DNA of 64,000 nucleotides, from the NCBI GenBank assembly GCA_015233675.1, contig JADFXH010000011.1:526-64525 (forward strand), given 5' to 3'. How positions within the stretch are numbered: the first letter of the stretch is position 1; each line of letters starts with the position of its first letter. A model generated the notes under the pieces. The model was not told the DNA's origin and searched no databases. It worked only from the letters and a program-made list of their open reading frames with translations. This stretch comes from Candidatus Omnitrophota bacterium (GTDB lineage Bacteria; Omnitrophota; Gorgyraeia; Zapsychrales; Fredricksoniimonadaceae). Below are positions 7,526 to 16,199 of the stretch, one piece after another. A program made the translations under genes and the position numbers.

Positions 7526-9611
7526 AATAATTGCCATTGCTAAAAAAGAATTATCGGTTTACTTCAAATCACCAATCGCGTATATCATCCTTATCCTGAC
7601 GATTGCCATTTTCAATATTTTCTTTTATATGATCATTGATCAGAACAAGGAAGTTGCCTTGAAAGATGTTTTTCAGGTGATGGAGTTTATGTTTATTTTT
7701 TTAGTCCCTTTATTGACCATGGGCGCATTCGCTCAGGAAAAAGCAAGCGGCACCATGGAGTTTCTGATGACCGCACCCGTGACGAATACCGCTATTGTTA
7801 TTGGAAAATATCTAGGGGCTTTAGTATTTTTCTCAAGTCTGATTGGGATGACTTTTATGTATTATGGGATTGTCGAATATTTCGGCACGCCTGATCGGAT
7901 GACGATTTTAACCGGCTATTTGGGCGTTTGGCTGGAGGGCGCGTTCTTTTTGGGCGTAGGCATGCTTACGTCGTGTTGGACGGGCAATCAAGTTATCGCA
8001 GCCATTAGCTCGTATGCGATCTTATTTCTTATGTACTTCTCGTCCAATTTTCTTCAGTATTTCACCGGTGCCGTTAAAGTGATGATACAGGCCCTTGGCA
8101 CAGGCGGTCATTTGGAAAATTTGGCGGTGGGTATTATTACAGTTTCGGATGTCGTCTACTATATCAGCGGAATTTTGATCTGTTTGTTCTTGACCCGTTT
8201 GAGCATTGAAAATAGATTATGGCAATTTAAAAAAGCTGCCGTTGTCTTTCTTTGTGTTCTTGTGTCCTGCTGCCTTTGGTTTGGAATTAACTATTTTACA
8301 TATTTGCTTCCCTGGCAATGGGACGTTACACGCGCTAAACAACATACGTTAAGCGCCGGCACCATTGATGTTGTCAAAAATTTGAATCGGGACGTCAAAG
8401 TCACAGCATTCTATGCAGGGATCCCGCCTAAATATTTGGAAGACTTATTTAAGGAATATACTAAAGTTTCGCATGGAAAAATCTCGACAGAAATCATTGA
8501 TCCGATCAAAGAGATCGGTTATGCGGCCCAATTTGGAAATGTGATTAATGTCAAAGAGCATAAGGTGTTTGTTTCCTCTGGCGGTCAGCAAAAAGAAATT
8601 TATTTTACAGATTCCCCGCTTTCCCAAGAGCAGTTGACCAACGCCATTGTGCGGGTAAACCAGAGTAAGCGCCGTGTGTACTTCCTGACGGGACATGGAG
8701 AATTAAATATTGAAAGCAAGGACGACCAGGGCTTAAACATCCTTGCCCGGCTACTGGATTCAAATAATTTTGAATCCAGAAGTTTGATGTTAGCTGTTGC
8801 CAGGGAAATCCCGAAAGATTGTTCGGTTCTTATTATCGCCGGCCCCAAGAATGATTTAACAAAGCAGGAAGATGAAATTATTGAAAATTATTTAGAAAAA
8901 GGCGGACGGGCTTTGTTTCTTGTTGAGAATGTTATTGTGACTACCCCTGATAAGACTCTGACTCCTGAGGAGTTGGGCAAAAATCCTTCTTTAAATGAGA
9001 TCCTTAATCAATGGGGGCTTAATGTCGAGTCAGATGTGGTGGTGGATTTAGCCAGTCATGCCGGCGAAGATGTCGGTAGTCCTGCCACCAAGAATTATGG
9101 ACAAAATCAAGTCATTACAGAGGGACTAGACTATACTTTTTATGTCCGTCCTCGCTCCATTACAGTCCTTAAAGATTATCGTTCAACCATCAAACTGGCG
9201 CCCCTTGTTTTGACAGCGTCCAAGAAAGAAAGCTGGGGAGAGTCTGACCGGACATTGCGGGTCCATTTCGATGAAAATAAAGACATTCCGGGCCCGGTGG
9301 CTATTGCTTATCTGGCTTTTAAAGCAAAAGAAAAGGGTGATAGGGCCGATACCCGTTTGGTCGTATTTACTGATGCGGATTTCTTATCAAATGTCTATAT
9401 TCATTATTATAGCAACGCTCAAATGGGGCTTAAAGTAATTAATTGGCTTGCGGAAACAGATTACAAGGTTTTTGTTGATCAGGAGAAAATTAAAGTCGAA
9501 CGGTTAGATTTAACAAGTAAACAAAAATATATAATTGCTATTGTTTTATTTCTTATGCCTGTGTTCATTGCTTTGGCCGGAATTATTGTTTGGCTAAAGA
9601 GCAAAATATGA
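7509..9611 (+). CDS. Fused ABC-2 permease (GldF-like) + GldG-like auxiliary domain
   Basis: The N-terminal ~240 aa are polytopic ABC-2-like. The C-terminal ~450 aa resemble GldG-type ABC auxiliary proteins and end in a TM helix. The start overlaps the ATPase stop. Confidence 0.75.
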   Translation: MMFVNKIIAIAKKELSVYFKSPIAYIILILTIAIFNIFFYMIIDQNKEVALKDVFQVMEFMFIFLVPLLTMGAFAQEKASGTMEFLMTAPVTNTAIVIGKYLGALVFFSSLIGMTFMYYGIVEYFGTPDRMTILTGYLGVWLEGAFFLGVGMLTSCWTGNQVIAAISSYAILFLMYFSSNFLQYFTGAVKVMIQALGTGGHLENLAVGIITVSDVVYYISGILICLFLTRLSIENRLWQFKKAAVVFLCVLVSCCLWFGINYFTYLLPWQWDVTRAKQHTLSAGTIDVVKNLNRDVKVTAFYAGIPPKYLEDLFKEYTKVSHGKISTEIIDPIKEIGYAAQFGNVINVKEHKVFVSSGGQQKEIYFTDSPLSQEQLTNAIVRVNQSKRRVYFLTGHGELNIESKDDQGLNILARLLDSNNFESRSLMLAVAREIPKDCSVLIIAGPKNDLTKQEDEIIENYLEKGGRALFLVENVIVTTPDKTLTPEELGKNPSLNEILNQWGLNVESDVVVDLASHAGEDVGSPATKNYGQNQVITEGLDYTFYVRPRSITVLKDYRSTIKLAPLVLTASKKESWGESDRTLRVHFDENKDIPGPVAIAYLAFKAKEKGDRADTRLVVFTDADFLSNVYIHYYSNAQMGLKVINWLAETDYKVFVDQEKIKVERLDLTSKQKYIIAIVLFLMPVFIALAGIIVWLKSKI

Positions 9612-9685
9612 CCCAGTCGGCGAATTAACACAACTCCCAATCATTACCTATTTTGATAAATTTTTACCCCTTACCATAAATTTGG

Positions 9686-9779
9686 CTCTTTGGAATTATG
9701 AGTGGGTAAACAATACCATGTCATTCCCGCGCAAGCGGGAATCCATCCATTGGACTTACCCATTCAAAACTCCAAAGAG
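9686..9779. mobile_element. MITE-like palindromic element flanked by 12-bp direct repeats
   Basis: CCATAAATTTGG occurs at 9674-9685 and 9780-9791. The arms are 23/26 complementary. The apex is GTCATTCCCGCGCAAGCGGGAATCCA (9720-9745). Confidence 0.55.
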
Positions 9780-9910
9780 CCATAAATTTGGCATAGATAT
9801 TGAGGAGAGGGGATTAGGATTAGCCAAGTGAATTAAGTTGCGAATGGTGATATTTATGTTAATCTTGTGAGTTTATTGTAAACTCCGAGTAGTGGAAAGA
9901 GAATTAAAAA

Positions 9911-11506
9911 ATGCTTGATCCTGCAATTGCCTCAGAAACAGCGCGTCGACGCACATTTGCTATTATTTCGCACCCTGACGCAGGGAAAACTACACTTACC
10001 GAAAAGCTATTGCTTTATGGGGGCGCCATTGGTTTGGCCGGTTCTGTCACAGCAAGTAAGCGGCAAAGAGACACTTCTTCGGACTGGATGGAACTTGAGA
10101 AAAAGCGGGGGATTTCTATTTCTTCAACGGTCTTGCAATTTGATTATGACGGGTTTCGTCTTAATCTCCTTGATACTCCCGGGCATAAAGATTTTTCTGA
10201 AGACACCTATCGCGTGCTCATGGCTGTTGACGCAGTCGTGATGGTGATCGACGCCGGAAAAGGCATAGAAACCCAGACCCGCAAGCTATTTGAGATCTGC
10301 CGAAAAAGAGGCATTCCGATTTTTACCTACATGAATAAACTTGACCGTCCTTCCCGGGGGCTTTTGGGGCTTATGGATGAATTAGAGAAAGTCTTAAATT
10401 TAAAGGCATATCCAATCAATTGGCCTTTGGGAAATGGTCCGGATTTTAAAGGCGTGTATGACAGAAGGTTAAAACAAGTCCATATTTTCGAACGTTTAGG
10501 GAAAGGCGCTTTTCGTGCGCCTGTCTCCGTACATGATCTTGGGGATCCTTTTGTCAAGAGCCATTTACATGAAAGTGTTTATAGGGAAGTGGTCGAAGAG
10601 CTTGATATTTTAGATGCAACCCAGGGACAGTTTAATTTACAGCAGGTTTTAACAGGCAAACAGACCCCGGTGTTTTTTGGAAGCGCCACTAATAATTTCG
10701 GTGTTGAGCTTCTTTTAAGGGGTTTCTTGGAATTTTCAACGGGCCCGGCTCCTAGAAAATCTCTAAACGGCTTGGTTAATGTCTCTCATCCGGCTTTCTC
10801 CGCCTTTGTTTTTAAAGTTCAGACCAATATGAATCCTCTGCACCGGGACAAGGTTGTATTTGTACGTATCTGTTCGGGGAAATTTACCCGTAACATGGTT
10901 GTAAAACACGCCCGCACGAAAGAAGACATTAAGCTTTCAGATTCTCACAATATTTTTGGGCGCGACCGTGAAATTGTTAATGAGGCATACCCTGGAGATA
11001 TTGTGGGATTTGTGACCAAGAATGACCTGAGGATCGGGGATACAATTACAGAAGATCCGGGTATTGTCTATGGGGATATGCCCAGTTTTGCTCCTGAAAC
11101 ATTTGCATTCCTCGAAAATGCAGTTCCCTCGGGGTATAAAGCTTTCCGTAAGGGAATGGCCCATCTGCTTGCTGAAAACATTGTGCAATCCTTCCAATTG
11201 AAAGTGCCGGGCAACACAATGCCTTTGCTTGGCGCTGTGGGGCCGTTACAGTATGAGGTGTTGCAATACCGTCTCAAAGACGAGTATGGCACAGATTCAA
11301 ATTTAAATCTTATGCCTTGGAAGGTTTTAAGATGGGTGGAAAGTCACTCACAAGTTCAGCTGATTCCGATTCTTCCAAGCGGCGCAGGGCTTGCCCTCGA
11401 TAATCAAGATCGCCTGGTGATGCTATTTCCTACAGAGTGGTCTTTAAAATATTTTAAAGAAACCCACCCTGCCGTTGTGCTCTCGGAGTCACCGGGGTTA
11501 AACTAA
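9911..11506 (+). CDS. prfC: Peptide chain release factor 3
   Basis: RRRTFAIISHPDAGKTTLTEKLLLYGGAI, DTPGHKDF, NKLD; full length. Confidence 0.95.
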   Translation: MLDPAIASETARRRTFAIISHPDAGKTTLTEKLLLYGGAIGLAGSVTASKRQRDTSSDWMELEKKRGISISSTVLQFDYDGFRLNLLDTPGHKDFSEDTYRVLMAVDAVVMVIDAGKGIETQTRKLFEICRKRGIPIFTYMNKLDRPSRGLLGLMDELEKVLNLKAYPINWPLGNGPDFKGVYDRRLKQVHIFERLGKGAFRAPVSVHDLGDPFVKSHLHESVYREVVEELDILDATQGQFNLQQVLTGKQTPVFFGSATNNFGVELLLRGFLEFSTGPAPRKSLNGLVNVSHPAFSAFVFKVQTNMNPLHRDKVVFVRICSGKFTRNMVVKHARTKEDIKLSDSHNIFGRDREIVNEAYPGDIVGFVTKNDLRIGDTITEDPGIVYGDMPSFAPETFAFLENAVPSGYKAFRKGMAHLLAENIVQSFQLKVPGNTMPLLGAVGPLQYEVLQYRLKDEYGTDSNLNLMPWKVLRWVESHSQVQLIPILPSGAGLALDNQDRLVMLFPTEWSLKYFKETHPAVVLSESPGLN

Positions 11507-11507
11507 G

Positions 11508-12755
11508 ATGCCAGCCATGACCTTTTCAAGTTTGGGACTATCTAAAGATCTATTACAGGCTGTCGGCTATGCCGGATATCAACAACCGACTGCGATCCAG
11601 GCACAATCTATTCCGCTTATTTTAGAAGGCAAAGATGTCATTGCCGAAGCTAAAACAGGGACGGGCAAGACGGCCAGTTATGCGTTGCCTATTTTACAGT
11701 TATTGCAAAAGAGCCCAAATACAGCCACAAAGACGATCAATGCGCTTATCTTGACGCCGACGCGTGAATTGGCCATGCAGGTCAATGGTGTTATTAAGGC
11801 TTATGGAAGGAATTTGACCAGTCCGTTGCGTAGTGTGCTAATTGTCGGCGGTTTGAACATCGATGTCCAATTAAGAAGTTTGATCCACGGCAGCGATATT
11901 GTCATTGCCACCCCGGGCCGTTTATTAGATGTGGCACTGCGGCAAAGAGTCGATTTTCATTATCTTAAATATTTGGTCATTGATGAAGCCGATAAGATGT
12001 TTGATTTAGGGTTCGCCAAAGAATTGGGATCTGTTTTAAATTTGTTGCCCTCTAAGAGGCAGAATTTATTATTTTCAGCAACCATAGGAGATAAGATCAG
12101 GACTTTAGCTGAGAAGTTCATGCCTGATGCCGTGCCAATTAGGATAGAGGATGAGGTCCCAACGGTTGAGAGCATCCATCAGAGGGCCATTGAAGTTAAT
12201 CGCGTCAACCGCGGGCCATTGCTGCGGCATTTGATTCAATCTGAAAACTGGCAGGATGTTTTGATCTTCACAGCCAGCGTGAGGGCGGCGGATATTTTGG
12301 CAGTGAAACTTAATAATGCGAATATTCAGGCCCAAGCTTTTCATGGCGGCTTGACCCAGGCGCAGAGGACTGCAGTCTTGAATGATTTTAAGCAAAAAAA
12401 AGTCAATGTATTGGTGGCGACGGATCTAGCGGCCCGGGGCATTGATATAGATAAATTGGCCTATGTGGTCAACTATGACCTGCCGCGTTCACCGGGTGAT
12501 TATATCCACCGCATCGGGCGTACCGCGAGGGTGCAAGAAACAGGAACGGCGATAAGTTTTATCGGACATGAAGATAAAACGCATTTTGCCCTCATCGAAA
12601 AACGGGTACAGATGCGTTTACAAAGAGAATCCGTTAAGGGATTTGAATTGGCTGGGGAGGCCTGCCCGCAAGTAAAGGGTAAAGCTCCTGTCAAGGGCCT
12701 GCGTATGAGTAAGAAAGATAAAGCCCGCGCCGCAGCTGCCCGGAAAGAAATATAA
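11508..12755 (+). CDS. DEAD-box ATP-dependent RNA helicase (RhlE-like)
   Basis: AKTGTGKT, PTRELA, DEAD, SAT, HRIGRTAR, and a basic C-terminal tail. Confidence 0.9.
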   Translation: MPAMTFSSLGLSKDLLQAVGYAGYQQPTAIQAQSIPLILEGKDVIAEAKTGTGKTASYALPILQLLQKSPNTATKTINALILTPTRELAMQVNGVIKAYGRNLTSPLRSVLIVGGLNIDVQLRSLIHGSDIVIATPGRLLDVALRQRVDFHYLKYLVIDEADKMFDLGFAKELGSVLNLLPSKRQNLLFSATIGDKIRTLAEKFMPDAVPIRIEDEVPTVESIHQRAIEVNRVNRGPLLRHLIQSENWQDVLIFTASVRAADILAVKLNNANIQAQAFHGGLTQAQRTAVLNDFKQKKVNVLVATDLAARGIDIDKLAYVVNYDLPRSPGDYIHRIGRTARVQETGTAISFIGHEDKTHFALIEKRVQMRLQRESVKGFELAGEACPQVKGKAPVKGLRMSKKDKARAAAARKEI

Positions 12756-12756
12756 A

Positions 12757-14142
12757 ATGGCAGAAATATCAAAAGATTTTAAAAATGCAGGTTTAAGCCA
12801 ATCCATGCTCGATAATTTAAAGTCTTTGGGCTACTTGCAAATGACGCCAATTCAGGAAAAAGGTTTGCCGTTAATTTTAAGCGGCAGGGATTTTATCGGG
12901 CAGGCCAATACAGGCAGCGGCAAAACAGCCGCATTTGCTTTGGGTATCCTGGCAAAATTAGATATGACAAACCACATGCCCCAAGCCTTAGTGCTTGTTC
13001 CGACCCGTGAATTGTCCGAGCAAGTGGCCAACGAGATCCGCCGCTTGGCACGTTTTACCAGCAACATCAAAGTACTTGCTATTTCAGGAGGCTCTGAAGA
13101 GCGCCATAAAGTTAAGTCTCTAAAGCAAGGGGCCCATATTATCGTTGGCACTCCGGGCCGCATCACAAAATTGCTTCAAACCGGAGTACTGATCACTTCT
13201 GATATTAAGGTTTTGGTATTAGATGAAGCTGACCGTTTGCTTGAAATGGGGACCATTGAGGAAATAAATCGTATCGCTTCATTTATACCGGTGGACCGTC
13301 AAACCATGCTGTTTTCGGCAACGTTTCCTCATGGCATTAAGACATTAAGTGCGAGCCTGCAGGAAGATGCCGCTCAAATAACTATTGATTCACAACACCA
13401 GACGGGTACCACTAAACAAATTTTCTTTAAAGTTGAAGGCGATAAAAACGATGCTTTATTGCGCCTGCTTGGGAACTACTGTCCCGAGTCGTGCATTATT
13501 TTTTGTAATAGCAGGGAGACTTGTAATAAAGTGGCGGGACTGCTGCGCACAAAGAAAATAGACTCTCTGCAGATTCATTCGGATTTAGAACAACAGGACA
13601 GGACGTTAATCCTTATCAAATTTGATAATAAAAGCTGCCGTATCCTGGTGGCGACCGATTTGGCTGCGCGCGGGCTGGATGTAAAGGATGTGAGTATGGT
13701 CATCAATTATGATCTGCCGTCGGACCATGAACTTTATGTTCACCGCATTGGACGTACAGGACGAGCCGGACAGGAAGGGTTAGCTCTTAGTTTATACACC
13801 CATTTAGAACGCGCCGTTCTCAGGAATATAAGCGCTTATTTAAAAACCGACTGTCTTATCAGCGAAATAAGTAATTTGGGGAAATTAAAACTCTTTGTTT
13901 TACGTCCGTTTATGTCTACTATATACATCAGCGGTGGGAGAAAAGACAATATACGGCCCGGAGATATTTTAGGCGCCCTGACCAAGCAAGCGGGACTAAA
14001 AGCCCAAGAGGTGGGGAAGATCCATATTTTAGAGGTCAATAGCTATGTGGCCATTACCCATGATCAAGTAGATCATGTGATAGAATGTTTAAATGCAGGG
14101 AAGATTAAGGGCAAGAAATTTAAAATCGGGAAAGCTTCTTGA
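12757..14142 (+). CDS. dbpA: DEAD-box RNA helicase with DbpA-type C-terminal RNA-binding domain
   Basis: NTGSGKT, DEAD, SAT, HRIGRTGRAG. C-terminal ISGGRKDNIRPGDILGALT is DbpA-RBD-like. Confidence 0.85.
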   Translation: MAEISKDFKNAGLSQSMLDNLKSLGYLQMTPIQEKGLPLILSGRDFIGQANTGSGKTAAFALGILAKLDMTNHMPQALVLVPTRELSEQVANEIRRLARFTSNIKVLAISGGSEERHKVKSLKQGAHIIVGTPGRITKLLQTGVLITSDIKVLVLDEADRLLEMGTIEEINRIASFIPVDRQTMLFSATFPHGIKTLSASLQEDAAQITIDSQHQTGTTKQIFFKVEGDKNDALLRLLGNYCPESCIIFCNSRETCNKVAGLLRTKKIDSLQIHSDLEQQDRTLILIKFDNKSCRILVATDLAARGLDVKDVSMVINYDLPSDHELYVHRIGRTGRAGQEGLALSLYTHLERAVLRNISAYLKTDCLISEISNLGKLKLFVLRPFMSTIYISGGRKDNIRPGDILGALTKQAGLKAQEVGKIHILEVNSYVAITHDQVDHVIECLNAGKIKGKKFKIGKAS

Positions 14143-14152
14143 AACCAAATGA

Positions 14153-14395
14153 ATGGAGAGCTATATGTTGGAAGATGGATCTTTAGTTAGACATAATAAA
14201 ACAGGTTATGAAGGTTTAATTGATGGTCAAACAAGTTTAAGATTGTGGTTTACCGGCAATAAGGAGTGCGAATTCCAATACCGTGTTAAGTTCCCAAATC
14301 AGGATAAACGTTTAATTGCGCCGGAGGAAGATTTAACGTTACTTAAAGCTCCTGTTATCAAGCCTAAGAGAAAATACTCAAGCCCTCCTTCATGA
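14153..14395 (+). CDS. Small hypothetical protein
   Basis: 80-codon ORF following dbpA. GGAGAG lies before the internal ATG at 14165, which may be the real start. Confidence 0.4.
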   Translation: MESYMLEDGSLVRHNKTGYEGLIDGQTSLRLWFTGNKECEFQYRVKFPNQDKRLIAPEEDLTLLKAPVIKPKRKYSSPPS

Positions 14396-14498
14396 TAGCG
14401 ATCACCCTAAAACGATAGAGTCGTTTTGACTCTTGACGCGGCCGGACATAATAAAACGCATAGAGAGAATTTATTCCCTCCCTTTTGGTTTAGCCTTG

Positions 14499-14597
14499 CA
14501 GACTGTGCCACATGAAGGATCATTTTATAAAAGTGGATTCCCGCTTGCGCGGGAATGACAAAATCTATCATGTCATCCCCGCGAAAGCGGGGATCCA
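14499..14597. repeat. Composite dispersed repeat, copy 1: conserved leader plus two opposed palindromic units
   Basis: cagactgtgccacatgaagg...tggattcccgcttgcgcgggaatgaca...tgtcatccccgcgaaagcggggatcca. Nearly identical to 50829-50945. Confidence 0.8.
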
Positions 14598-14611
14598 GCG
14601 CCAAAAAAGTA

Positions 14612-14647
14612 TTCCCTCCCCCTTGTGGGGATGGTTAGGGAGGGGGG
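14612..14647. repeat. CCCTCCCCC...GGGGAnGG hairpin repeat, copy B
   Basis: ttccctcccccttgtggggatggttagggagggggg. Confidence 0.7.
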
Positions 14648-14939
14648 ATTAAAAGTTGAGGCATTGAATTTCCCTGCCGATTTGTTCCCGAATGACCGGT
14701 TACGATAAATGACATTCGGCATTATCACCCATCCATCCAAGTTATTATCCCTGCAATCTTCGGGTCATGTAGAACGAAAACATAGCCGAAAAGGTCGCGG
14801 TTAATTTTTTTTGGATATTTGTGGGCAACTAAAAAAGTGGGAGGTATAATAATACGTCTGCTAAATAGCGGGAATCCAAGATAGGCAAGCCAATGGGGCA
14901 AGTGAGGAGCATTAAAGATCGAATTGTTTTAAATGGATT

Positions 14940-15191
14940 ATGATAGAAACCGAACAATGCCTTGAAAAATTTCATTGGGAAACGAGCCAAGACGAAAGTT
15001 ACCAATATTATGTTTGTGAGCCCAATGACCAGTTTGAATTTATAAATTTGGTAATTTACATCAAAAACCATGGTTATGTCATCACAATTCTGGGGAAATC
15101 ATACGTTTGTGTTGATATAGGCGAGTATTTGTACTGGACAGCGTGGGATTCAATAGAAAAAATTAATCTCATCAATCGAATGCCTATATAA
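14940..15191 (+). CDS. Hypothetical protein (weak call)
   Basis: 83-codon ORF in a very AT-rich region. No convincing Shine-Dalgarno and no recognised motifs. Confidence 0.3.
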   Translation: MIETEQCLEKFHWETSQDESYQYYVCEPNDQFEFINLVIYIKNHGYVITILGKSYVCVDIGEYLYWTAWDSIEKINLINRMPI

Positions 15192-15432
15192 TAGGATAGC
15201 CCTGAAATAAATAGCGGGCAGGAAATAATAATTCAGATATTTTAATTGAATCAAACCTCTTCTTAGCATCTCCGACGGGTTTTCTGTTGTAATCACTCCT
15301 TAAAAATCGTCCTCACTGCCTTGTTTTCTTTCTAAAATGTGTTACCTTTAAAGAAGGAGTTAGAGGGGCCCCGCCCCTAAGGGGTAAAAAATTTCCCTCG
15401 CCGTTCCGAAATGGGGCGGGACGGCATCCACT

Positions 15433-15465
15433 GGGCGGTGACAATAGTTGCCGCCCTACCTTTTT
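15433..15465 (+). terminator. Hairpin + T-run at the end of a GC-rich intergenic island
   Basis: GGGCGG (15433-38) pairs with CCGCCC (15451-56), then taccTTTTT. Confidence 0.3.
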
Positions 15466-15613
15466 GCTTTCTCATAACAGTTAGTGCAATTAAAAGAGAC
15501 ATTAATAGGACATTTTAGTTTTGAATTGACAACATTAATAGAGACATGTGCATTTATGATAAATACATGTTATACTATCAATGTAAACACAAAATAGCGA
15601 TGAGGAATAATTT

Positions 15614-15937
15614 ATGACAATCTCCTTTAATAATCGAATGGAAACTCGTAATAATTGTTCTGTTCCAGTTGAAAGTAAAAACGATTCATCTTTTGGGCAG
15701 ACACGGACTGTTGACATTAGCCGTCACGGGATTGGTTTTATTTCCCCTTATCCGCATAAGGTCAATGAGAAAGTTGCCATCGGGATTCAACTGAAACCAA
15801 ATAAGGATCCTGTTTTAGTCATCGGTATTGTTAAATGGGTTAACAGCCTTTCTGATTCAAGCGGATACAGGATAGGCATGAGGTATGATGAGAGTTTTTT
15901 AGATTCCCAAAGACGCTTAGAACATTATTTTGAATAG
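15614..15937 (+). CDS. Stand-alone PilZ-domain protein (c-di-GMP receptor)
   Basis: RxxxR (RMETR) followed by DxSxxG (DISRHG), in a ~100-aa protein. Confidence 0.7.
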   Translation: MTISFNNRMETRNNCSVPVESKNDSSFGQTRTVDISRHGIGFISPYPHKVNEKVAIGIQLKPNKDPVLVIGIVKWVNSLSDSSGYRIGMRYDESFLDSQRRLEHYFE

Positions 15938-16199
15938 TTAGTATCCGTTCGGCCAATCCATTCCTTTGTCAGGGGCCAAAGAAGAAAAACCCGCTTTTAA
16001 ACATTTGGTTAGGATCTTAGAAGCTGCGCCATAACTTAACTGCTTGTTTCTGTTGGGATCCCCTCCCTGAAAAATGGACAAGTTTTCATTTTTTCCTGCC
16101 TGTTTTGAATCATGTTAATATATAATCAGTTCGCCCAAGCTCATAACTGGTAAGCGCATTGATTTAAATTTAGTAGAAGCTCGAGAATACAGTGAATTT

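Noticed and set aside
9915-10241. 108-aa alternate-frame ORF within prfC, and the many 60-110-aa antisense or alternate-frame ORFs inside other large genes.
   Set aside because: They are fully nested in strongly supported conserved genes, with no RBS and no motifs.
14407-14604. ORF (-) encoding ...RFRGDDMIDFVIPAQAGIH..., and similar ORFs at 23842-24102 (+) and 50695-50958 (+).
   Set aside because: These are translations of the dispersed palindromic repeats (VIPAKAGIQ/VIPAQAGIH, RLRGND peptides). They have no RBS, and the same peptides arise wherever the repeat occurs.
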